Shown piece by piece: positions 41,262 through 51,068 of a stretch of 51,068 nt of DNA; the first letter of the stretch is position 1, and every line of letters starts with the position of its first letter. The translations under genes were made by a program, and so were the position numbers. The notes under the pieces are model-generated. The model ran no database searches and was not told the DNA's origin. It worked only from the letters and a program-made list of their open reading frames with translations. The DNA comes from Oculatellaceae cyanobacterium bins.114 (GTDB taxonomy: Bacteria > Cyanobacteriota > Cyanobacteriia > Elainellales > Elainellaceae). The stretch covers positions 1 through 51,068 of the forward strand of contig JANRJA010000126.1 in the NCBI GenBank assembly GCA_033764315.1, written 5' to 3'.

Positions 41262-41680
41262 GAAGTCAGTCTCCCAACAGTTCCTTAATAAACAGTTTGC
41301 TATGGTTTGGCTTTAATTAACGCCAATTCTGAACGATGGCGGTGTCAGCCAAATGGACCGTCCCATTACGTCATAAAGCTTGCACCAAGGAGTATGACAA
41401 GCGTTTACAACCAGTATCAAAAGTTCAGTTTACCACGCTGGGTTTCATGTAATCGGGCGGGAAACAGTGCCCTGAGAGGGAATGTTATTAAGTTTTGTGT
41501 GGGGCTTGAGGATCGATCAATCTGGAAGCTTTGTTGAAGAATTTTAGATAAATACGGGTCTCAACTCAGCTGCAAATTTTACTAAATTCTTAAACCTCAG
41601 TTCTATTAAGGCATCGATTGCGATCGCAGACTTCAGCGATGAGCTTTTTAAAGGCGATCGAAGCCAATCCTGGTTGTTTT

Positions 41681-41722
41681 GTAGTTTGTTATACAAAATA
41701 TCGCCAATCCTATTTCTAGGAT
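41681..41722 (+). promoter_or_regulatory. Canonical NtcA-activated promoter of glnA
   Basis: GTAGTTTGTTATAC (41681-41694, flanked by TTTT/AAAA), then exactly 22 nt, then TAGGAT -10 box (41717-41722). Confidence 0.88.
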
Positions 41723-41988
41723 GATTCAGGTGCGACAAAGCTCACCCCATTGACGGTCTGCCAGTCTCTGGCAAAGCTAATTCTGATAAGAATCATGACA
41801 ATGATTTTAGAGATGCGAATAGCAAACTCTTAGAGTTAACCAGTCGATATCAACCGACATCGTTGATGCTAAATCAGACAGCGGCACGTCTAAGCTTTGT
41901 CTACACGATTTCTACTCAGTCGGTGGAGATCGCTGAAGAGGTTATTTTCTCTGTAGATTTTGCAGCACTCAGGAGCAAGGAGTAATTC

Positions 41989-43410
41989 ATGGCAGAGACG
42001 GCACAAGAAATCTTGGCACTGATTAAAGACCAAGATATTAAAATGATTGACTTGAAATTCATTGATACCCCAGGGATCTGGCAGCACTTGACGCTGTATT
42101 ACGATCAGATCGATGAAAGCAGTTTCACCAGTGGCGTACCTTTTGATGGTTCTAGTATTCGCGGTTGGAAAGCGATCAACGAATCAGATATGGCAATGGT
42201 GCCCGATCCAAAAACCGCCTGGATCGATCCCTTCATGAAGGAACCAACTCTGAGCATGATGTGTACCATCATCGAACCTCGGACTGGCGAACTGTATAGC
42301 CGTTGTCCTCGGGCGATCGCTCAAAAAGCAGTTGAATACCTCCGTTCTACTGGCATTGGCGACACCGTTTACTTTGGTCCTGAAGCAGAGTTTTTCATCT
42401 TTGATGACGTTCGCTTTGATCAGAATGAGCACGAAGGCTACTACCACGTAGACAGTGTTGAAGGCCGCTGGAACTCAGGTCGGGTCGAAGAAGGTGGCAA
42501 CCTGGCATATAAGCCTCGCTATAAGGAAGGTTATTTCCCTGTTTCGCCAACTGATACTTCCCAAGATATGCGGACAGAAATGCTGCTAACGATGGCAGCT
42601 TGCGGCGTGCCGATCGAAAAACATCACCATGAAGTGGCTTCTGGCGGTCAGTGTGAACTGGGCTTCCGGTTTGCAGAACTGGTGCGAGCAGCAGACTACT
42701 TAATGACTTATAAGTACTGCATTAAGAATGTGGCTAAGAAGTATGGCAAGACAGTCACCTTCATGCCTAAGCCCGTTTTTGGTGACAATGGTTCTGGGAT
42801 GCACTGCCACCAATCTATCTGGAAAGAGGGTGGGCCATTGTTCTATGGTGACGGTTACGCCAACCTGAGCCAAACTGCGCTCCACTATATTGGGGGTATC
42901 CTCAAGCATGCTCCAGCATTGCTAGCCATCACTAACCCGACTACCAACTCTTACAAGCGATTGGTACCTGGCTTTGAGGCTCCGGTCAACCTAGCTTATT
43001 CTCAAGGCAACCGTTCTGCTTCAGTCCGGATTCCGTTGTCAGGAAGCAACCCTAAAGCAAAACGTCTAGAATTCCGTTGTCCAGATGCGAGTTGCAACCC
43101 TTACCTTGCTTTCGCAGCCATGCTGTGTGCAGGTATTGATGGGATCAAGAACCAGATTGATCCAGGTAGTTCATTGGATGTAGACATCTATGACCTCAGC
43201 CCTGAAGAACTCGCAAAAGTTCCTTCAACCCCTGGCTCGTTGATGGATGCACTCAAGAATTTGGAAGCCGATCATGACTTCTTGACAGCGGGTGGTGTGT
43301 TCACGGAAGACTTTATCAACACCTGGATTAGTTACAAGCTAGATAATGAAGTGATTCCGATGAATATCCGTCCTCACCCTTATGAATTTGCACTCTACTA
43401 CGACGTTTAA
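41989..43410 (+). CDS. glnA: Glutamine synthetase type I
   Basis: 'FDGSSIRGW', 'HHHEVA', '[13 protein letters not shown]', '[13 protein letters not shown]', 'RLEFRCPD'. Confidence 0.98.
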   Translation: MAETAQEILALIKDQDIKMIDLKFIDTPGIWQHLTLYYDQIDESSFTSGVPFDGSSIRGWKAINESDMAMVPDPKTAWIDPFMKEPTLSMMCTIIEPRTGELYSRCPRAIAQKAVEYLRSTGIGDTVYFGPEAEFFIFDDVRFDQNEHEGYYHVDSVEGRWNSGRVEEGGNLAYKPRYKEGYFPVSPTDTSQDMRTEMLLTMAACGVPIEKHHHEVASGGQCELGFRFAELVRAADYLMTYKYCIKNVAKKYGKTVTFMPKPVFGDNGSGMHCHQSIWKEGGPLFYGDGYANLSQTALHYIGGILKHAPALLAITNPTTNSYKRLVPGFEAPVNLAYSQGNRSASVRIPLSGSNPKAKRLEFRCPDASCNPYLAFAAMLCAGIDGIKNQIDPGSSLDVDIYDLSPEELAKVPSTPGSLMDALKNLEADHDFLTAGGVFTEDFINTWISYKLDNEVIPMNIRPHPYEFALYYDV

Positions 43411-43458
43411 AGACAACCTTGTCTAAGCGTAGTTCTAGCAAAATTTGAGGTTGATTAA

Positions 43459-43488
43459 AGGGGCGCAGTCAATGCGCCCCTATTTTGT
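43459..43488 (+). terminator. Rho-independent terminator of glnA
   Basis: aggggcgca-gtcaa-tgcgcccct followed by attttgtt. Confidence 0.8.
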
Positions 43489-43607
43489 TAGGTGGGTCAG
43501 CTTGTCTGAATCACTGTTTATTTCACATCATTGCAAGACATACCCAAGATGACCGTGATTACGGTCAACGTAGAGCGGCTGTGGAAATTTAGATTAAGAG
43601 ATCTGGA

Positions 43608-43901
43608 CTAGATGGTCGCGATCGCATTGATTAAAGATTGGTTGAGCGATCGCCATTCCTCAAAATCTAGTTTTTCTAGTTCGTATAGCTCTCGAATAAA
43701 ACTGGTTAGTACATGACGAGCAACATACTTGTTAATGATCTTTTTAGCCGCTGCGAGTGCTTGAAAATCATTGGAATAGGTTGAGTAGTCACTCAGTCGC
43801 TCTCTAGCAGGAGAATAACAAATGCTTTGGAAGCCATTCTCTGTCTGCATCACTTCAATGAGCCAACCGTGATAAAAATCTGCCAGATATGAATTTTGCA
43901 T
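43608..43901 (-). CDS. Hypothetical protein (97 aa)
   Basis: Standalone ATG ORF, 'YHGWLIEV...GF...CYSP...ALAAAK'. Confidence 0.65.
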   Translation of the reverse strand: MQNSYLADFYHGWLIEVMQTENGFQSICYSPARERLSDYSTYSNDFQALAAAKKIINKYVARHVLTSFIRELYELEKLDFEEWRSLNQSLINAIATI

Positions 43902-44136
43902 AAGAGCGATTTTGCAGGATTGAGCAGAACAGCGAGAAACGGGAGCGAATAATTCCTGGCTACTTTTAAAGTAATAAACTATCGCGATTTAGGGTTGAGC
44001 AATATGGCGTAATCTAGACGTCATGGGAGCTAACGAATTGTTGCTCTTAATCACTAATATGCAATGATACTTCACGGCTTTCAGGAGAAATTTTAGTTAG
44101 GCTGAAGTTATAGCCCAAATCTAATTAGAGACCTAT

Positions 44137-44673
44137 ATGAACGCTTCCTCTAGACCAGTAGAACCCACGTCAAAGTGGCAAATTATTGTGCTCTTGACCC
44201 TGGCATTTTGGTTCAGCTCTAGTGTGCTGCTCGATTTGGTGATTATGCCCCAGATGTATGCTACTGGCATGATGAATCAACCTGATTTTGCAACGGTGGG
44301 CTATTCCATCTTCTGGGTGTTTAATCGAGTCGAGTTGGTGTGTGCAGCCCTCATATTGACGGGTGTTTTAGTGCTAAATCGCTTTCAAAATACCTTGTTC
44401 TCTACAAAGTGGGCGATCGCACTATCATTGGGTCTATTGCTGATTGGCTTGGTTTACACCTACCTACTAACTCCTGAAATGAGTGCACTGGGCCTGCCCC
44501 TTGATTTATTTGCAACCCCTCAAGAGTTGCCTGCTGAAATGGAGCAGATGCAGCAAGGGTATTGGTTGCTTGAGTTAGTGAAGTTAGGCAGCGTAGGAGC
44601 ACTATTGAGTACAATTCGCCTGATGTTCAACAGCTCTTTCAACAGCTCTACTTCACATAGAGACATGGTCTAA
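44137..44673 (+). CDS. Membrane protein, DUF4149-like
   Basis: Four hydrophobic segments; 'GYSIFWVFNRVEL' and 'LTPEMSALG'. Confidence 0.75.
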   Translation: MNASSRPVEPTSKWQIIVLLTLAFWFSSSVLLDLVIMPQMYATGMMNQPDFATVGYSIFWVFNRVELVCAALILTGVLVLNRFQNTLFSTKWAIALSLGLLLIGLVYTYLLTPEMSALGLPLDLFATPQELPAEMEQMQQGYWLLELVKLGSVGALLSTIRLMFNSSFNSSTSHRDMV

Positions 44674-44987
44674 GAGGCTTCATTGAGTTCGGCGGGTTTT
44701 GCTGCAGCATTCCATAGTAACCGAACTGCCATAATCGTAAACCCAAGAGCCGCGATCGCTTTTACCCAACGAACGGGTAAAAGCTGAGCCATACTGTCGC
44801 CCAACAAAACGCCCAAAAAGCTGGCTAAAAGAAGTGCTCCAGCAGTTCCCAAAAAGACGGCTCTGAGAGACTTACAGCTTCCTCCCAAGGCGATCGCCGC
44901 TAATTGGCTTTTATCTCCTAATTCTGATACAAAGACGGTTATAAAACTCAGCCCTAATAAGTGCCAATCCACTATTTTTAGCTCCAC
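44670..44987 (-). CDS. TMEM165/GDT1 (UPF0016) half-transporter
   Basis: Single 'ELGDKSQ' motif and three TM segments. Confidence 0.9.
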   Translation of the reverse strand: MELKIVDWHLLGLSFITVFVSELGDKSQLAAIALGGSCKSLRAVFLGTAGALLLASFLGVLLGDSMAQLLPVRWVKAIAALGFTIMAVRLLWNAAAKPAELNEAS

Positions 44988-45439
44988 AAGATATCACAAC
45001 ACAACATAGCCGCGATCACCAGCAGCAAAACCCCGGCTGAAACCTCTAACGTCTTGGGGGCAATTTTGGTGGATAACCAACGACCCAATAAAATGCCCAG
45101 CAAGCTCGTTAAAATCAGCGCAACACTGGCACCTGCAAATACAACCCAAGGAGACTGAGACTCAGCACTCATTAGTAAAGTTGTCAGTTGAGTCTTATCA
45201 CCCAACTCTGCTAGAAAGATTGTGATGAAGGTGGACGCAAAAATCTCCAACTCACACTTGAAGGTTGGCTTGTCGGTTAGTGGCTGAGAGACTTCAACCT
45301 CAACAATAGCAGGAGTTGAGCCAGCTTGATAAGCCGTTACATCGGTCAACGATAATCCTTGTCGTTCGGCCAAAGGAATAGAGTCTGGGGATTCTAGCTC
45401 AGATGAAATGACGCTTGGGGGATCAAACAAAGAAGTCAC
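44978..45439 (-). CDS. TMEM165/GDT1 (UPF0016) half-transporter
   Basis: Single 'ELGDKTQ' motif, three TM segments, soluble N-terminal extension; overlaps its partner gene. Confidence 0.9.
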   Translation of the reverse strand: MTSLFDPPSVISSELESPDSIPLAERQGLSLTDVTAYQAGSTPAIVEVEVSQPLTDKPTFKCELEIFASTFITIFLAELGDKTQLTTLLMSAESQSPWVVFAGASVALILTSLLGILLGRWLSTKIAPKTLEVSAGVLLLVIAAMLCCDILWS

Positions 45440-45868
45440 AGGCGTTCGTCTGCATATTTTTTCATATTCTTTTCATTTTATCCCTGACTCCACTCTAATC
45501 GTCAACTAAGGTAACCCTTAAATATATAGCCTTGCTCAGAAAGCTTAAGGCAAAGGCAATGGCTCAAATCCTGATGCTGGGCTGGAAAAGCTTTCTGACT
45601 CGCCTCCGCCCCATTGAGTGTGGCTACGGCTATAGAGGCGAGAGGGGAGATATTGAGAATGAAGCAAATTACACTCTCCTCGATCCTCAAGTACAACAGA
45701 CTTCATGAACTGATGGAATTGAATATGCTATGTTATAGCCACTGATTAGGTGTAGTGATTGCGCTGTTGAGTCATCCCTTTCAATCAGTTCAAAATTAGT
45801 CCTAGTCAGCAATAAGTGGGATATGATCCCACTCAGAAACGTCTACCAACAGTTTGGGGTGAGCCAGG

Positions 45869-46744
45869 ATGTCTGTTAAACCTTACAGAATGATTGGAGC
45901 AGGTGTTGGAATTACAAAATCACAGGTTTTTAATCAACGCTCTAGTTTTAAAACAGACTTGATTCTTCGAGAAGCAGAAAAAATCGAAGACATTTTGAGA
46001 AAGATTTTATATTCTAAAGCGGATGTCAAAGACGTTTGGGATGTCTACGTAGGGGATAATTCCAAACTGAGGAATTTAAACAGCTTTGGCAAGCAAATTG
46101 TCAGCCAAATGTTGAGAAGCAACCCTGGTTTTCAAGGATTTAAGGTTGAATTTAAAGACCCAGTACTTAAACCAGATGCCCTATTTTTGTTGGGCACCCT
46201 CTGTGATGATTTTGACCACATGAATACCAGTCCGCTTTATGGATTGAACATTTTAGATATTGGTTGTGGTTCACTGTCACCCTATAGCTCAACTGAAAAG
46301 GATAACTTGCTCGATCAGTTTTATAGTGATCAACCTCCTATTGCGGCAGAGTTGCTACAAATCTTAGGGGCTCGTACCGTTGGAATTGATTCACGCCCCA
46401 ACTCAAAAGAGGTGTATGACTATCAAACCACCTACAAACACAGAACAATGGAGTTTTCTGATGTCGGTAAGTGGTTGACTGGTTTAGATTATTTATTTGA
46501 TGTGGTTTCTTGTATTAGCTTGTTTAATAAAGCTGGTTTTGCTTATCACTACAATCTGCCCCATCAGATTATTCAATTCTTGACGAGTGTTCGCAAGGCA
46601 ATGGCACTGGGCGGTTTGTTATATTGCACCGCACCCATCATTCCCTCATCTCCTGAGAACCGGCAACTGAATGAACAGATCTTTAATGGCTCAGGGTTTA
46701 AGGTGCTCTATGAGGGCTATTACATTATTTTGCAATCTCGTTAA
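45869..46744 (+). CDS. Divergent class I SAM-dependent methyltransferase-like protein
   Basis: 'GLNILDIGCGS', 'TVGIDS', 'FDVVSC', 'LGGLLY'. Confidence 0.65.
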   Translation: MSVKPYRMIGAGVGITKSQVFNQRSSFKTDLILREAEKIEDILRKILYSKADVKDVWDVYVGDNSKLRNLNSFGKQIVSQMLRSNPGFQGFKVEFKDPVLKPDALFLLGTLCDDFDHMNTSPLYGLNILDIGCGSLSPYSSTEKDNLLDQFYSDQPPIAAELLQILGARTVGIDSRPNSKEVYDYQTTYKHRTMEFSDVGKWLTGLDYLFDVVSCISLFNKAGFAYHYNLPHQIIQFLTSVRKAMALGGLLYCTAPIIPSSPENRQLNEQIFNGSGFKVLYEGYYIILQSR

Positions 46745-46813
46745 ATTAGAATCTTGATGGATCTTGGGTCGCTGAACTGCAACTCAATACAAATTATTCA
46801 TACAACTATAAAT

Positions 46814-46844
46814 ATCGCCCCCTCTATTTCTAGAAAGGGGCGAT
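46814..46844. terminator. Hairpin between the convergent methyltransferase gene and pntB
   Basis: Stem atcgcccc...ggggcgat. Confidence 0.55.
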
Positions 46845-46873
46845 CGCGTTTTATGAGATCTTTAAGGCTGAGA

Positions 46874-48280
46874 CTATGACAGGTCTTTAACGCTGGCTAC
46901 TAATTGCGCCACAATTTCTTTTGCACCCCCAAACAACATCATCGTTTTATCTTTGTAAAACAATTCATTGTCAACACCCGAAAACCCAGCATTCATACCA
47001 CGTTTGATCACAATGGTGTGATTTGCTCTATCTACCTCTAGAATCGGCATTCCATAGATCGGGCTGTTGACGTCGTGGCGAGCCGCTGGATTCACAACAT
47101 CATTTGCCCCAATGACGAGTGCTACATCGGTGTGCTCAAACTCAGGGTTAATGTCATCCATATCATAGAGTTGAGGATAGGGGACATTTGCCTCTGCCAA
47201 CAGCACATTCATATGACCTGGCATCCGTCCTGCCACGGGGTGAATTGCGTACTTAACCTCTACCCCCAACCGTTCCAGTTGATCTGCCAGTTCTCGAACA
47301 GCATGTTGTGCTTGCGCAACTGCCATACCATATCCAGGAATAATCACTACTGAACGGGCATATCCCAGCATCATTGCCCCTTCTTCGGAGTCGATCGATT
47401 TCACGACTTTATCAGTCTGAGTGGCACTGGCTGCAACACCTCCACTTGCCTTCGTGGTAAAAGCACTGAACAAGACGTTTGTAATCGAACGGTTCATTGC
47501 TTTACACATAATTTGGGTCAAGATGATACCAGAAGCCCCAACCAAGGCACCCGAAATAATCAGCATGTTGTTCATCAGGACAAAACCTGCTGCACTGGCT
47601 GCCAATCCTGAGAAGGAGTTGAGGAGTGAGATCACTACTGGCATGTCTGCTCCCCCGATCGGGATGACAAACAGGACACCCAGTATCAGCGAGATGCCTA
47701 CAAGAACCAAAAACACAACGAGATCTCGGGGGTAGACAATCAGATAAGCACTCCCTAACAGGAAGATGACAAGCAGTGAAATGCTGAGTAGGCTTTGTAG
47801 CGGAAAGGTGATGGCAGAACCGCTCATTAATTCTTGCAATTTGGCAAAGGCAATCAAGCTCCCTGTGAGCGTGATGCCACCAATTAAGATGCTGAGAATC
47901 ATGGTGATAGTGCTATCAAGGGCGATCGCCTCTGTATTTCCCAGCAATCGCCAAAATTCTGCCATAGCAATCAGGGTTGACGCGCCGCCCCCCAACCCAT
48001 TGAGTAGACCTACCATTTGTGGCATGGCGGTCATTTCAACCCGCTGAGCCATCACCGTGCCAATCAGAGAGCCAATGGCAATCCCGACAAAGATCATTTC
48101 ATAACTGAGAACGGCTTGATCGAGAAGGGTCGCTGCGATCGCGATCAGCATCCCAATCGCAGCAATCAGGTTACCACGACGGGCCGTTGCCGGAGAACCC
48201 AATTCCTTTAAGCCGACAATAAACAGACAAGCAGCTATCAAATAGCTTAATTCAATCCCAGTTGGCAAAAAGTCGGTCAT
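46874..48280 (-). CDS. pntB: NAD(P) transhydrogenase beta subunit
   Basis: 'MTAMPQMV', 'IGGADMPVVISLLNS', 'PGYGMAVAQAQH', 'HPVAGRMPGHMNVLLAEA', 'GANDVVNP'. Confidence 0.97.
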   Translation of the reverse strand: MTDFLPTGIELSYLIAACLFIVGLKELGSPATARRGNLIAAIGMLIAIAATLLDQAVLSYEMIFVGIAIGSLIGTVMAQRVEMTAMPQMVGLLNGLGGGASTLIAMAEFWRLLGNTEAIALDSTITMILSILIGGITLTGSLIAFAKLQELMSGSAITFPLQSLLSISLLVIFLLGSAYLIVYPRDLVVFLVLVGISLILGVLFVIPIGGADMPVVISLLNSFSGLAASAAGFVLMNNMLIISGALVGASGIILTQIMCKAMNRSITNVLFSAFTTKASGGVAASATQTDKVVKSIDSEEGAMMLGYARSVVIIPGYGMAVAQAQHAVRELADQLERLGVEVKYAIHPVAGRMPGHMNVLLAEANVPYPQLYDMDDINPEFEHTDVALVIGANDVVNPAARHDVNSPIYGMPILEVDRANHTIVIKRGMNAGFSGVDNELFYKDKTMMLFGGAKEIVAQLVASVKDLS

Positions 48281-48570
48281 GCCTTTACCTCTTTCTTCTT
48301 AAACATTTGCAGCATGCGATCGGTTACTAAAAACCCACCCACGACGTTGATCGTTGCCAAGATGATTGCAATTAAGCCAAAGATGACAGCCACATTTAAG
48401 TGACCTGTGCCAGATACCAACACAGCACCAATGACGGCAATGCCTGAAATTGCATTAGAACCTGACATGAGCGGCGTGTGAAGGGTAGGTGGCACTTTAT
48501 TGATCACCTCAAATCCAACAAACGACGCTAAAACAAACACGACCAAAGCAGCAACCAATTCATTTGCCAT
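48277..48570 (-). CDS. pntA: NAD(P) transhydrogenase alpha subunit, membrane part (PntA2)
   Basis: 'VPPTLHTPLMSGSNAISG' and 'NVVGGFLVTDRML.MF'; probable ATG at 48570. Confidence 0.93.
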   Translation of the reverse strand: MANELVAALVVFVLASFVGFEVINKVPPTLHTPLMSGSNAISGIAVIGAVLVSGTGHLNVAVIFGLIAIILATINVVGGFLVTDRMLQMFKKKEVKA

Positions 48571-48666
48571 GCAAATCCTCCAACACAAAATGTTTGCAGA
48601 TCAGACTTTTAGATTGATGTCATCGAGAGCAACGTCCTCAGTAACATCAATTTGTGCCCCATTGAC

Positions 48667-49833
48667 TCAGCTCATCGCAGGCTGACGTAAGTTTTCTAAC
48701 GCATCGCGGACTCGTTGATTGCGAATCTCACCAGCATGAGTCACGCAAGCATCTCGAATGATGTCGTCCTCAAAATTGAGATTGAGAGATCCATCCTTGG
48801 TCAACAGTTGCAGCAAGGTGGAGATATTTTTGGAATACATCTGGCTAGCGTGAACTGGCATAGACGATGGCAGATTCATCGGACCGATGATTGTCACCCC
48901 ATTGCGCACGACATCTTTACCAGGTTCGGTACAGGCACAGTTGCCCCCTTGCTCAGCGGCTAAATCGACAATGACAGAACCAGGCTTCATCTGAGCAACC
49001 ATCTCTTCAGTAACTAACAATGGAGCTTTTCGACCTGGTACCTGAGCTGTTGTGACAACAACATCGGCTTGACGAACGTGTTCTGTTACCACTTGGCGCG
49101 ATCGCTCCTTAGCAGCCTCTGAGATTTCTTTGGCGTACCCCCCAGATGCCACCGTGTCTTCCTCAAGCTTGACCTCAACAAATTTTGCGCCCAAACTCTG
49201 CACTTCTTCTTTGACGGCTGGGCGAATATCAAATGCCTCAACGACAGCACCCAATCGACGAGCTGTGGCGATCGCTTGCAACCCTGCTACTCCAGCTCCC
49301 ATGACAAACACCTTAGCAGGGGCGATCGTTCCGGCAGCAGTCGTTAACATTGGGAAAAATTTGGGCAACGCTGTTGCCGCGATCAACATCGCTTGATAAC
49401 CCGCCACACCCGCCTGCGACGATAGAGCGTCCATACTTTGAGCACGGCTCGTTCTAGGAATCATCTCCATACTAAAAGAAGAAATCCGACGGTCAGCCAA
49501 CTGTTGCACCCCCATTGGATTACCTAAGGGATTTAAGAAACTGATGAACACCGCTTCTTCACGCAGCAAGTTAGCCTCAGATTGCCCATCCTCACGGTCT
49601 CTAGGAGGACTCACCTTGAGGACTACATCTGCTTCACCCCACAGTTGAGCCGCATCTGCAATGATGCGCGCTCCAGCCGCTTCATAAGCACTGTCTGGAA
49701 AGTAAGATCCTTCTCCCGCACCCGCTTCAACCCAAACTTCCATGCCTTGTTTGACAAGCCGAGCCACTGTATCAGGCACCAAAGCAACCCGCCGCTCGCC
49801 CATTTCAATTTCTTTTGCAACCGCTATTTTCAT
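48667..49833 (-). CDS. pntA: NAD(P) transhydrogenase alpha subunit, soluble NAD-binding part (PntA1)
   Basis: 'ERRVALVP', 'PRTSRAQSMDALSSQ', 'GAGVAGLQA', 'GGYAKE', 'DLAAEQGGNC'. Confidence 0.95.
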   Translation of the reverse strand: MKIAVAKEIEMGERRVALVPDTVARLVKQGMEVWVEAGAGEGSYFPDSAYEAAGARIIADAAQLWGEADVVLKVSPPRDREDGQSEANLLREEAVFISFLNPLGNPMGVQQLADRRISSFSMEMIPRTSRAQSMDALSSQAGVAGYQAMLIAATALPKFFPMLTTAAGTIAPAKVFVMGAGVAGLQAIATARRLGAVVEAFDIRPAVKEEVQSLGAKFVEVKLEEDTVASGGYAKEISEAAKERSRQVVTEHVRQADVVVTTAQVPGRKAPLLVTEEMVAQMKPGSVIVDLAAEQGGNCACTEPGKDVVRNGVTIIGPMNLPSSMPVHASQMYSKNISTLLQLLTKDGSLNLNFEDDIIRDACVTHAGEIRNQRVRDALENLRQPAMS

Positions 49834-50924
49834 GCAATCTCCTTATTTAGTCACTAATGACGTTAATCATGGGCAATTTAGAAATGTGATGAATGGAAGA
49901 AATAATGAAGCTTAGAGAAGCCCGTGGTGAATTAATTTAACAAGCCTGACTTAACGATTGATATTTAGCCAGCTTTGTCAATATTTGATTACTGTTGATC
50001 AAAATTCATGGTCTAAAAAAATATTGACCAGTCCCTAATTGACCAAATCCTAGTGTCATTGTTTTTTGAAGTGAGAGTTACCTAATGGTGTGTCAGCTCA
50101 ACATCATTCTTCACGACCACAATTCTTTTCAGAAGAGCTTATCTGCATTGACCAAAATATTTGATCAAGATTCTTAATCTTCGTTAATCATTCACTACCA
50201 AACGTTTCAAAACCAGGGATTAAGGTAAATAACTGTGATAGCTGGTGGTGAACTGTGATCGCCCTTAAAGCAAAGAACTGAGAACAATCCTGGCATTTCA
50301 ATTATTTTCCTGCTAGGCAACTAACGAAAGTCAACTCAAATGAACCGTCTAATCCGGAATTTGTGCTTTCAGATTCAAACATCTTATTCATCTACTATCA
50401 ATTTCACCATCCTGATCAAGATGTTTAAAGATTTGGGGACTGTCTGCACTATTTCCTTGTAGAACTCTTGAATTCAAAACAGTTCAATTTATAGTTTTTG
50501 AATAGGATATTGAATAGAGATTAACAGCCTAGAGCGATCCCAAAAATCTCAATTAAATCCTTAATCTATTTCATGACTTGGTAGTCCTAAACAAGCAAGG
50601 ATATGTCGCACTCCGCGCGGCATATCCTTGCTCAAAAATCATTACTTTTAGAAGACTAACCCATGACTTTTCTTTGATCGAGGAGTAGTAACTGCCGCCT
50701 AGATTGCAGTAGATATACTCAACTTCAATCACTCTATGACCTGGTCGATTAACTCTGTTAAAGGGGTACTCAATCCTAACTTAATTTTTTTAGAGATGCG
50801 CTGGCCTGAGGCGACCTGTCCTAGAAAAACTAGGCCAGCCGGGAAGCACTGTCACATGCGCCATCAACCCAGACCCAATTGTGGACTAAACTAGATAGCT
50901 GACTTTCAGGGATTAGCCCTCTTA

Positions 50925-51017
50925 TATAGCAACCATAAATGGTTTGTGTGAGTCGCACCCCTCCGGGGTGCGACTCTCACAACCTCCTAATTTTACAAAT
51001 GATTTAGGACTACTATA
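50925..51017. mobile_element. TATA-bounded MITE-like element with internal palindrome
   Basis: Ends tatagcaaccataaat...atttaggactactata; inner hairpin gagtcgcacccc-tcc-ggggtgcgactc. Confidence 0.7.
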
Positions 51018-51068
51018 TAAAGGTGTCTAACATGACTCGTGTAAATCTATCGGTTTTAATCTCCACCC

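Noticed and set aside
41858-41900. Glutamine riboswitch (glnA motif) in the glnA leader
   Set aside because: It starts with ATCGTT but lacks the GGAAGTA and GAAGGAACG core elements.
48277-49833. Split pntA as a pseudogene
   Set aside because: The three-gene PntA1/PntA2/PntB organisation is a known natural form, and both parts are complete.
4940-49833. gltBD, glnA and pntAB as one functional nitrogen/redox supercluster
   Set aside because: They are separated by tens of kb of unrelated genes, so co-location is not evidence of a system.
49925-49943. Rex or CRP box upstream of pntA (tggtgaattaatttaacaa)
   Set aside because: The half-site spacing is wrong for both consensuses.
50312-50345. c-di-GMP-I riboswitch suggested by 'ggcaactaacgaaag'
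   Set aside because: There is no GACGCAAAG element and no supporting stems.
50676-50750. yybP-ykoY Mn riboswitch suggested by 'gaggagtag'
   Set aside because: The remaining conserved elements are missing, and no match was seen upstream of the UPF0016 genes either.

Overview
This window is chromosomal DNA from a cyanobacterium: HIP1 (GCGATCGC) is frequent, and phycobilisome genes and an NtcA promoter are present. The gene set and heptamer repeats suggest a filamentous Leptolyngbya/Oculatella-like organism (inference). Most of the window is core genes: NADH-GOGAT gltB-gltD, class II ribonucleotide reductase nrdJ, cpcG/cpcS, mnmG, mutS, a folate/biopterin transporter, a carotenoid oxygenase, GT9 plus a GmhB-like phosphatase, a DegT-cyanoexosortase B-Wza-Wzc locus, divergent apcF/glnA, a split UPF0016 pair and a three-gene pntAB. 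There are two accessory regions. The first (1-3.8 kb) is AT-rich, had no HIP1 site that I could find, and encodes an alpha-oxoamine synthase C-terminus, a YghO/ceramide-synthase-like GNAT protein, FkbH and an ACP; it ends in IS4-like and IS701-like debris. The second (about 18.9-21.5 kb) holds a membrane protein, an MNT-HEPN toxin-antitoxin pair, an indel-free degenerate 21-bp tandem array and two inverted-repeat cassettes. Many very small mobile repeats are present, including three in-frame copies inside mutS and one insertion flanked by a 16-bp duplication. The best candidates for something undescribed are the putative amino-lipid/ceramide-like cluster and the 21-bp array beside MNT-HEPN. 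I saw no rRNA, tRNA or CRISPR array. All calls come from reading motifs by eye; no searches were run.
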